From Amphiscolops sp. MND2022 (lineage: Eukaryota): a stretch of DNA of 64,000 nt. Where the stretch lies: contig OZ076409.1 in NCBI GenBank assembly GCA_964187785.1, positions 30,444,001-30,508,000 on the forward strand, in the 5' to 3' direction. The position numbers and the translations under genes are program-made. Below the pieces are notes generated by a model that made no database searches, was not told the DNA's origin, and saw nothing but the letters and a program-made list of their open reading frames with translations. This document shows positions 24,747 through 35,900 of this stretch, piece after piece. Position 1 is the first letter of the stretch, and each line of letters starts with the position of its first letter.

Positions 24747-27700
24747 TTATAAAACATGTGCTCGATCACTTATCAACTTCACAAGTTGTTGATGGGTGAG
24801 TGCTTGTTTCCAATACCAAACACTCCAATATATTTCTTCATCTGTTTTCTTGCTACTGTCATCATTTATAGTTAAATCTTTATAATACAAACCATTTAAT
24901 TTCAAACAATATATACAAGGACAATCACCTTTCTGGGTGTGTTTATCCCATGGTAATTTTTGTATTGGATTTATATACAAACGTTTATCGTCAAAAGGAT
25001 TCAAAGCTAGTTTGTTTTGTTTTTCAACTGTAAGGTTGTGTAAATTAGATCTAATTGATATATTTGTAGAACTTGATGTTTCTGAATTAAACAATGAATT
25101 TTTGTAGTGTTCACATTTGGGAGCTTTTTGTATTCCTTTTTGTTTCGCTTTTTGAATATTATTGTAACTAAAAGAATATGACTTTGATCGTAATGCTGTG
25201 AATGTATCAAACAACAAAACTGGACTTGTTTCAATTTTCATTTTTCCTATAACTTTTTTGTTAATAGGATTATATAATTCATGCGATTTATCTAATTCAC
25301 TAAAATCAAATTCATCTTTGTTTTCTTGTAAAAAGTTTATTAGTTCTTGGTGGTTTGTATCAAAACTCAGAATAAGACTATCAGTGTCCATGTAGTGTAG
25401 TTGTATGGATTGTTTCCAATATGGTTGTAATTTGTTATAATAAAATTCATACATTAATAGTTTTGACAACTCCAGAACTGTAAAACCTCAATAAATTGGT
25501 TTATCAAAGACTGTTTTTTCTTTATCAAACTTGTACACACTAAACTTAGAATAATGATCCACAATGCCTTTGAAACTTAACTTGGATTGTCTTTTTATTA
25601 TTTGATCTATTTGAGAATGATCAATGAATTCTAGATTGGTTCTATCTCTTACATTTTCCATTGTCTTGCCAAAGAAAGCATTGTTCATTAATTTATAAAG
25701 ATCCTTTTCAAAGTTTGTTTTCGCTACTGTGCGTTTCTGAGTATTATGATCGATATATTTACCTAACCATTGACTTGTTTAAACTTATAGATAGTATGTA
25801 TCTTCGTTACTTTCATCCCTTGGTTAAGATAAAACTTAAACATCCTATAATGTATCATATATTTCGATTTATTGGTTACATCACACATAAGTTTTGGGGT
25901 TGGTTTGTAATTAGGTTGATTTATATTATTCATATAACCTGAGAATAAGTTTGGATCTGCTTTTGTTTGATACGGACAAAAAGGAAAGTTTTTTGTTTTT
26001 TTTTAAATTTCAGCTGGATATTCTAAATCACATTCTATAAAGAATCCATATTCATTATCATCAGGTATTTGTAATAAATCTTCTACTAATTGCTCTAGAT
26101 TGTAATTATCTGTGTAATTACACGGATTAAGAGGTAATATTTCGACTTCGCCAGTAGGAAGATATTGACTCATTGCCCATCCATATAGATTATTTGCATC
26201 GATATATAAGATTTGTTTATTTTCATCAGATTGCACGTGACGATCTCCCATAACACTTGAAATTCCTCCACGGATATTATTTTCAAGTAGTAGTAATAAT
26301 TTTTTACCGGAGGGCAGCTTCGCTGTATCTTTTATAAAGTCTAACTTTATATTAGTCAACTTCAATCCTGCTTTCCATGTATAACCAGGTAGACTATAAG
26401 AGTACAAAGGAATAATTTTATATTCTCGTGTAGAACTTTCCACAAAGTTTTCGAATACATCAGTTAATTGAAGAACATCCATTTTTAAGTATAACATTGT
26501 TAATTCTCTTCCATTTTTAATTTTATTTTTATCAATTAATTCTTGGGTTCTTTTTATATCATCATCTGATGGATAAGATTGTGTTAATGTTGACCAATAA
26601 TCTTCTTTGGTTAGATTTAATGGTTCCTGAAAGTTATCAAGATTTAAGTATTCATATGGATAAGCTAATTTCTTTTTAAATAAATCATCACTCATTCCTT
26701 CCAATTTCATGATAGGGAAATTGTCTAAACTCTTAACTAATTTATTTAAACTGGAAGAAAGAAATCGGTATGAATCTAAGAATCTCAAACAACCTACTTG
26801 TACACTAACATAATTTTCCAGTGATTTTGGAATTATCGTTGGATTATAATTTTGATTGTATGCTTCGGTTAAGAGTTCTTCAAATATAAGATGACAATCA
26901 TACCCAGAAAAGTTATGGAAAAATATAGGAACAAAACTTGATGACTTTTGTTTACAATTTATGTTACATATATTATGAGCTGCTCCTCTGTATTTTCCTG
27001 TTAGATGATCATGATCTCTAACCTTAGTATCATCGAGTGGATTTTCACAAAGCCAACACTCTTCTGCAAGTTGAAATGATTCTTCCTCTTGAGGAGTTAT
27101 TTCTAATTCTAAGTTTGTTTTAAAATAGTTATTTGCAATTTTTTCTAAAGTTAACATTCTATTTACAAACCACGTGGTACAATCTATTCCAAAGTATGAA
27201 TAGTAATAATTTCCGAATGGTGAAATTACATAATATCCTACTGCAATTGGAGTTTGTTTAAATAATACTTTGGGGTCTTTTTGAGGTTGATTAATACATT
27301 CAAAATCTGCATATACTCTTATTGGTACAGGAACTTTCATGTGGTAGTGTTCGAACTTTAACTGATCCTTCCAACTGAATGTGATTTTAGTTGGTTGTTG
27401 TTTTATACATCTTTCCATATGATCAATTAGAACTGGTTGTGAACTAAATGCTGTTAAACATCTTCTACATACATGTTTCATGTGTGAATCTTTATTTATT
27501 AAACAATGTAGCTTTGTTATTAAACAATAGTGATTTTGATATAATAATAAATCTATTTGTGGTTGTAAGTAATTTTTGTTAACGTGGATTGGTGTTAGCA
27601 CATTTCCTGTGAGTTCGAATACGTTTATACACAGTCCAATATTTAAATTTTCAAACTTGGGAATATCTTTGACTTTCATAGGGAATTCTAAACCTTCTAG

Positions 27701-28515
27701 GTTGAATTTATCAAAATGTTTTGAATAACTCGATGTTATATTTTTATTATTCTCAACTGGAAATAAATATGCTAATATACACCATAGAAAACACAATTGA
27801 TCATTATTTTTTATATTTATTATTGATTGGCTGTTTTTATATTTTGGTGGTAACTCAATATATGAAGATGCTTGAATATCATTAACTTTATATATTTCTA
27901 AAACAACTTCTTCTATTTCTTGAAACACAAACCCTGATCCTTCTAATTGTTCATCATCTAATTTTTGCATTAATGTGTTATGAGTATCTTGTTGTGTATG
28001 ATTATATATTAGATCTGATTTTATCCATCTTTTAAATACTTCTTCTTCTCCATTGATTATTTTTGAAAATTTAGCTAGATTACTCAATTGATATTTAAAT
28101 CGAGGAAAGTACCTTTTACTTTTTAATTCTTTTATACGATTTTCAAGATTTTCAGTTGGATTTATTTTCAGTTTAATGTATGTATTTTCATTCACAATTA
28201 TATTTACTCCATTACCGGAGGGCAGCTTCGCTGGCTTTGCATACCGTTTTGTTGACGGTTTTGTAAATGAATTTCACTTTGGAAATGTCTTGTTGTATCA
28301 GATATATATTTACTACAATCTTCACACCATATTTTATTGATGCGGTTTTTATGTTCATCTGAATTTAAATGAGAATTTTTATCTGAGATAGGCATATATA
28401 AATTACATTTTTTACAATAATATTGATTTAATTTTTCAAGATGTTTTACTGATTTTAAATGATCAGACTTGAAAGCTTTTTTATAATTTAAATTACAAAT
28501 ACTACAATTCTCCAT
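24747..28515 (-). pseudogene. Protein-primed family B DNA polymerase (Zn fingers - TP - vOTU-like - exonuclease with EndoVII-like insert - polymerase), disrupted
   Basis: Motifs ExoI YADFE, RDHDHLTGKYRGAAHNICN, ExoII FHNFSGYD, ExoIII YLKMDV, PolA YIDANNLYGWAM, PolB KLMNNAFFGK and PolC YMDTDS. Lesions: frame break at ~28212-28242, TAA at 26003-26005, frameshift at ~25775, TGA at 25488-25490. Confidence 0.95.
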
Positions 28516-28662
28516 TTCTTATTATTAAAGAAAAATAGTTTAATTAAAAATTTTTCAATTATAATTTTTCAAAAAATTGGTGAAAAATATTTTAATTTTG
28601 TGGTGGTAAGGTATTAAAATTTGCCACAGATTTGAATGATAAATATTTCATTTAAGAAAATT

Positions 28663-29226
28663 TTTATAATCTGTAATCAGAAACTCAAGACCTTTCCAAT
28701 GATGTATCACACATGGCAATATCTTAAACTTTTATAATCTCTACATGTTTAAGGGTTTCAGGTTTGAGATGGTATAGTTTCAGTTGTTGGTACCCAATCA
28801 TGAAAATATTCAAAATCTGTGATCTCCAACTCAAGACCTTTCCAATGATGTATCATACACTGTGATATGTTGAACTTTTATAATCTCTACATGTTTAAGG
28901 GTTTCAGGTTTCAGGTGGTATAGTTTCAGCTGAGGATGTCCGATCATGGAGATAATCACCATCTATGATTTCTTTTTTATGACATATCCAATGATGTATC
29001 ATACACTGTGATAAGTTGAAGTTTTATAATCTCTACATGTTTAAGGGTTTCAGGTTTTTCGAAGTTTCAGTTGGTATACATTTGTACTAGGTTTTCGAGT
29101 TGGATCTAGATGGATAGCCCTTGTCAAGACCTTTTCAATGGTATATTATACTTTGTTGTAACTCAAATATTCGTTGAGTTATGGCTTTTCTCCTGACCTA
29201 TTAGTAATCTCTACATGTTTAAGAGT
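28663..29226. repeat. Subterminal tandem repeat, ~146-bp unit, about 3.5-4 copies
   Basis: gac(c/a)t(t/a)tccaatg at 28689, 28835, 28981 and 29128. tttataatctctacatgtttaagggtttcagg at ~28731, ~28877 and ~29023. Confidence 0.9.
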
Positions 29227-29643
29227 GAAAGTCTGAATGGAAAAAGTCTCTTTGCCAGTTTCATTTCTTCGGCCATGCTGTTTGCTGTGACTGTAGAGAG
29301 AAAAGTGAAAAATGAAATTTTGGTGCATTCCGAATGCACCTCAAGGTCAGACGACCATCTGGTGCGTGAAATTTTGTTTGAAATTTATATGGTGGTAATT
29401 TTTCCAACAGTTGTGGTGTCCACTTGTGCGCATCCGGGAATTTATCAATAATGAAAAATGTGTTCTTCATTTTTATATGTAATTTTTTAATGGGTAAAAA
29501 TGAAGAAAAAAACTCGTTTTCAATTTGGACACTTGTGTTTTCTACTTGAACGCATTTGGTAAGTATTCATTTTTTCTTCACGATGTGGTAATAATTCTAT
29601 TATACGTCGATGGAGGTTAGTTCAATTTTGGTTTGTGACAAAG

Positions 29644-29875
29644 TTTTCCACTGGAAAAATTTGCTCATCGATTTTTATTTTGTTATCTTTTTAGTTGTGA
29701 AAAAAGGCTAGTTTTAGATGATTTGCCTTGAAAAAATGCTAAATTTTGATGATTTTACGAGCTTAAATTTTTTTATTTTTTAATAGTGAAAAAACACCAA
29801 TTTTATCGATTTTTTTGGAAAAAATGCTTAAATTTAGGGTTTTTATATATTAGGAACGGGAATTCGATTACTACT
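29644..29875 (-). repeat. Right terminal inverted repeat of the Polinton
   Basis: Ends ...gaattcgattactact and is followed by the TSD cggaac. Confidence 0.95.
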
Positions 29876-29914
29876 CGGAACAATTTTTGTGACTTTGAGT
29901 TTTTTGACACTTCG

Positions 29915-32900
29915 ATTCAAGTCTGATCATCTAAGGCAGTGAATTATCTAGAGAAATTAAATGAAGTTTTGTAGAACATGAAATTCAAAGACGCCTGTAT
30001 CAGATGAAACTTTTCATTTAGGTTCTGAGGAGTAAACGATTGAAACCATTAAAAAAATTTGTGAAGATTGTGACATTAATTGTGATATTCGCAAAGTCAC
30101 ACTCATATCCTTAGAAGTAATTAAAGTAACCAACAAAAGAAACCAGCTGAATCAACAAGGTAGCCAGCCTAATCAGCAAAGTAAGCAGCTGAAACAACTT
30201 GGAAGCTAAAAAGCAGATATATTCGTGAATGAAAAAACATACATCAAATCGAAAAAAAATCGACTGGCTATCTCAAAGAACAGATCGATGATTTACTAGG
30301 TAAAAGTTAGTTACATCGATACAAACATCAACTAGTTGTTTAGTTAACGAGTTAAACGAGTTATTTAGCTAATCTTTCAAACTTCGTTACTAGAGAAGAA
30401 CATAATTTTCAAAAATAGTAAATATCAAATTCAACTCACAATCACTTGGATTAAGATGTTCATCAGGTCTTAATTGAGAAATTGAATGATGAACAATTGG
30501 AAGGATCCGGTTTTCTGTTTCAATATAACAACGATTGTGAAAATCTAGTAAAAACTGTCAATATAAAAAACTAAGATGAAGATGTTTTTCAGGGTGTACA
30601 TTAGCCCACAAAAAACAGTTGTTGATAATGAACACAGAACATCGAATTTTTCCAAACATTTATCTGTACTAAAGGTGGGAAAGTTAGAATTCCCAATGAA
30701 AGTGAAAGACTTTCCCAAATTTGAAAAACTAACAAACTTAAACATAAATGACTCTGAGTTGACTCAACAGTGCCAACACTAGTTCAATTTAACACAAACT
30801 CGGATCAACCTCAAATGAGATCAAAATTGGCTAATATCAAAGTCACACTCTAATAAACAAGGACTCCCACATGAGTCATGTATGTAAAAGATGTTTAATA
30901 GCATTTAGAAGACATCAATATTGAAAAATTTAAAAGATGTGTAAAACAACAATCAACGAATAATTGTTCTAGTTATAAAGATCATCTGAGGTTTAAAGGT
31001 CATTACATGAAAGTAGATGTACCAATAAGAGTACATGCAGACTTTGAACGTAATAAGCAACGTTCTCTTTAAACCCATTATTTGTAATTGCTCTTGGTTA
31101 TCGAATAATATCACCATTTGAAAATCAACGTCACTCACTCTTTGGAACAGACTGTGTTAAATGGTTTGTAAACAATATGTTATTTTCAGAAAAAGAAGCA
31201 ATACGTTCTTCAAAACAATTATACCACAGCATTTACCTCGTTAAGAGGAAGTACAATTCGAAGAAACTGAATGGTGTTGGTTGTGGGAAAAGCCTTTTGT
31301 CTCTTCATGTGAAAATTATTTCATCAAAGAGAATGTTCGTCACCGTGATCATCTAACAGGAAGAAACCAGAGGAGCAGCTCATAATGAGCGTAATCTCAA
31401 CTGTTAAATAAAAAGTTCGGAACATTTTTCAAGAATTTCCCACAATTTCTTAGGGTATAATTTTCATTTACTTTTTGATTAGCTCTTGACCGATTCTTAC
31501 AATCAAAAGTTCGAACCAACTATACTACCTAAGAAACTGTTTATCAGTCCAAGTAGATTGCTTACATTTCCTGGCAGTTATAAATTTCTTTCTGCGAGTC
31601 TAACAGTGCCAACACTAGCTGGTGTATCTTCAAAAAATTATAGCATCTTTGGATTGTTTCAAGTATATGGCCTCCCAGGGTTTAAGTGTTGATTTGTTCA
31701 AGAAGTAGTTAGACTACCCATATGAGAAATTTAAAGAAAAAATTTCAAGCCAACCACTAAACCTAGTCAAAGACGACTATTGGACAACACTAATTTAAAC
31801 ATATCCTGACGCTGATATAGCACGTACGAACGAAATATCCAAAAACATGCAACGTTACAACACCACAATTACTAATCCTGATGTTTTTAAAAACAGTTGT
31901 TTTTCAATGAACAGATACATTTGAGAACTTTGTGGAATGGAAACATATACGCAATAATACGGCATAAATCTGTTGTACATTTTATAGGCACCAAGTTATA
32001 CAAGGAAAGCAGTTTTCATTGACTAATATCAAGTTAGAGTTTATAAAAAATAAATAGTTGTTACCACTACTGCAAAACAACACCAGTGGATGAATTGCCA
32101 GTGTAATGGGTGATTGGTATGTTGAATTGGATATCAACAAACAGTATTTTGAGCTATGAGTATTTTGTGCTCTGAGTATTCTCCGAGAATAAACATCATC
32201 AAGAAAATGTAGAAGGATTTGTAAAGATTCCGGATGACAATGAATCTGGATTTTTTTAAAACTGTGATCTGGACCCTCCAGCTGAACTCTAACAAAAGAC
32301 TCAAAACGTTCCGAATTACCCCTATTAGGTAGAAGTTAGTTGTGTAATTTTCTCAGAATAAAGAACTTCATGAAACAACTGAACTACACACAACCAATCC
32401 AGATGCTTGTGTGACCTAATGAAGCAACAAAAATAGATGAAGCAATCTCATTATATAATGTTCAAGGTTTAGGTCAACATAGGGATTATAGTAACAAAAA
32501 ATACATTATACAGGTTCAAGGAAAGTGCATGGTTAGCTAAGTACATTGATCATAACACCCAAATTAGAACCCAAGCAAAAACAAACTTTGGAAAGACATA
32601 TACAAGTTAATGAATCATGCTTTCGTTGGTAAGGCTGTGGGAAAGTGTGGACCAGATTCCTAACTCATTCTCGAATAAAGCACATGAACAAAGATAAGCC
32701 AAATTGAGTTTCAAAGGAATTCTACGTTTAGTGTTCATAAATGGGATGAAAAAAGACCTGTTTATGATAAACCAACATATTTGGGTTCTCTCTGTTACAA
32801 TTAAGTAAACTATTAATGCATAGACTTCATTATCATACTTTAGAACCCATGGGTATGAAAAAAATGCAATTACAGTATTTGGATACTGATTCTTTTGTTT

Positions 32901-35900
32901 TTAGTTTTGATGAAAACGATAAAGGTTCAAGAGACTTCTTACAACATATCAAAGATGACTCTGATTATAATGAAACAGATAAAAACCATGAAATTAAGAA
33001 TGTTTTTTATTGAAAAAGGTATTAGAAAATTGGAAGTCCAATCATCATTTTTGTATTTTGTTAGTATATAATAAATTAAGCGCTTTACGATCAAAATCAC
33101 ATATTCATTCAATATATATAAATTATAAAAGACTAAAATTTTTCTGCCTATCACCACTAATAATTACCAACTTTGGAGTTAGAAAAAGAGCAATAGTTCC
33201 AAAAACTGCTACACCAAAAGCTGGATCAAATAAAAAGTCTAACTAAATAGGTTGCGATCCGTACATGAAAAGTATAGTTTGTTCTAAACTCTGGAAATCA
33301 ATAAATGGTGGAAATCAATAAATGGTTTGAGCAGGTCAGTTTTAGTGTGGATTTCCTATTTCAGAAAACTCTGGGTCATGTTTGTCTCCAGCATAATTAC
33401 ACTAATTTTCATCAATAGATCGTTTTTCTGTGCCTTTTTTTCTTCTTGCTTTTATTTCTACCTTGAAATTCGAAAAATAATAAAGTTGGTGTCGATTCCC
33501 CATTATTTTCGGATTAAGAATACTTCTAGTGTTAACATCATTATTGTTGTTACGTTTCACAATGAGGATGTAACCCAATCCCTGAGTAGTTTTTATTGAT
33601 CACAAACTCCAAAGAAACCTCGAAATTTAATTCTCATATGAAATTTCCTTTTTTGTTCAATTGCTTGTTCTTGTACTCTTCCGTTTTCTGATTCTTCAAA
33701 TCCATACATTACCTCACTGGTTTGTTGGTTAGAAGGTAACAAATTGCGCATTAATTAATTGGCGTGTAAGTTGTCAACTTCTCCTAAGTGTTTCTTTGAA
33801 GATGTTGTTAGCTTGGTTTCACTACATTAAGCAACAGGTTCAAACCTGACTAAAGTTATCTGTTCATTATCAGCATATCTAATGTTATCATTTTTCAAAT
33901 TTTCGAAATCTTGTGAGATGTATGAAGTATATAAACAAAAATAGGCATCCCTTGGAGGGCTGATGAATAAGTTGCATATTGTTTTAAACTGTAGCTTGAC
34001 TATTCGGAGCGTATTTAATAGAATGATTTTTGCCTACAGGTTTATCAAGAGCATGTTTATTATTCAGTAAAATTAAATTCGCTCATATTTAAAAAACTAT
34101 TTAGTCAAAGACTCAAGTAAATAAAAGTCCTTTTGCCTAAGTTTAAAATTAAAAAAAAATTATCTACAAGTAAAAGTTATATTGGTTTTACTGAAAACGG
34201 TTAGCTGAAAAAAAAGCTCTGAAGAACGTTGGTTTCTATTATTTTTTTGTAGCGAAAATGTTTTTCAGCTTGTTGTTTCATTTAGATAAATTCCATTGTC
34301 TTCTATCTTTTTTGAGTGTAATTGACAAAAACTTTCTTTTCAGTGTCCCACCAGCAAGTGTATATTTTTAACACTGCGTTGTTCTTTCCGTTCCAGATAA
34401 TCTCCACCACTTTTATTGAATAGACATAAAAATGCTCCATGCCACTTGTGATAGCTACAAGAACACGTTCAACTCCAATTCCAGTCACACTCAGAGTTAC
34501 ACAAGTTGATGTTACACCCAATTCTAAGTTAGTGTATTTTGATTGTATTAAAGTGTAAATTAGCTTATAGTTCAACTTTTGGTTTTTTAGTATGTAGTTC
34601 AATATTGTAAAAACTGTTGAAACCTTTCATAATTTGATTCGACTTAGTGGAAATATTCCTTCGTTTTATTCGTAAATTCAATTTTTGCTCCAAACCATGA
34701 ATTTTTTCTAAGATGAAACTTTTCAGAATTCATTCATTTAGTTGAAAAGTATGAAATTACCTTCAGTGTCTGTTAGTTTCATTCTTACTTCAAAAACCTT
34801 TTTGAGCAAAAAATGTATATTATCTTAGACTGCTTCAGCTTGGCTTTTTTTCCTTTCTGAAACAGGGTTCTGTTCGAACTGATTGCAATGTATCATTTGC
34901 TGTTCTACGAATTCGGTTGCTTCAAAAAACATTATTTTTTTCTATTTTTATTTTTCAATTTTGTACTCTTATTCTGAATATTTTAAAATTATGTTTACAT
35001 CAAACTGAGCTTGGTGATACCAATGCTGATACAAATGTATTTATTGCATTAAAAAGAACATAGCTAGTTCATTGGTGGGTTATTTTGTGGTAAATCCTAT
35101 TTGCTATTAAATCAATAAAAAATACTTCGCTTGGATAACTAAACCGGAACATTACGAGAACATTGAGATTGACGATGTTTCGGTGGAAGAAGTTTAGAAG
35201 ATAGAACAGTTCAAGTTTTTTGAAAATGTTGTGTTGTTTTTGGTGATATGTCGGATAGTAACCGAAAACTAATACATCCATTTTTCACTAGAGGAAGACA
35301 AAAAGATTTAGATGTTTATCATTTGTCACCCTCATTTTTCTATTTACCTAAAAGAACAAATAGAAACAACAGTAACATTATAATTCAATATCATCAAACA
35401 TTGAAACATGTGGAACATGAATACAAAGACATTGCAGATTTGATATGTCTTATGATGAGTGTGAAGTGGTGTTAAGGGAGGCATGGAAAGAAAAGTGCAA
35501 CAGTTCAAAAACGAATAAGCTAAAAGACAAAAATTTCAAAACTTTCAAAACCAAATCTGTAATGAATCTTTTAAATGGTTAAAAACCAACCATTAATCCG
35601 CGAACGTGTCCATTGTAAAATGAATATAAAACAAATGGGATTTTCATTCTTTTGAATTTAGAATGATTTCTTCTTTTACTTCTTTTTTCAAAATCTCTGA
35701 ACTTTATCAGTTTCTCTCCGAGTTTTTTAAAACAGTACCAAACAAAATCTGGTAGACATTCCAGTTTCACTTTGAGCAGAAAACTTCTTTTTCTGTTTCC
35801 TTCACTTTTTTCAATTCATTGGATTGAATCCCCATTAGTTATGAACATCTTTCATTTTTTTTCTTCTTTTATTTAAAATCTGAAAAAATGTTTTGATGTT

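Larger units (their letters stand above)
15709..29875. mobile_element. Full-length Polinton/Maverick (adintovirus-like endogenous virus), 14,167 bp
   Basis: Termini AGTAGT...ACTACT, ~232-bp TIRs, 6-bp TSD CGGAAC (15703-15708 and 29876-29881), and the gene set pPolB, RVE integrase, A32 ATPase, adenain protease, major and minor capsid. Confidence 0.97.

Noticed and set aside
17283..26005. Alternative genetic code or programmed readthrough for the in-frame stops
   Set aside because: The stops replace different residues (Tyr, probably Lys, Leu), and TAA/TGA terminate other genes normally. They are ordinary nonsense mutations.
28229..28243. GTATGC...CAG micro-intron that could restore the ZnF-pPolB frame
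   Set aside because: Only 14 nt, too short for a spliceosomal intron. The TA-bounded insertion explains the break better.
28663..29226. Regularly spaced repeats as a CRISPR array
   Set aside because: The whole 146-bp unit repeats with no unique spacers, the context is eukaryotic, and no cas genes are present.
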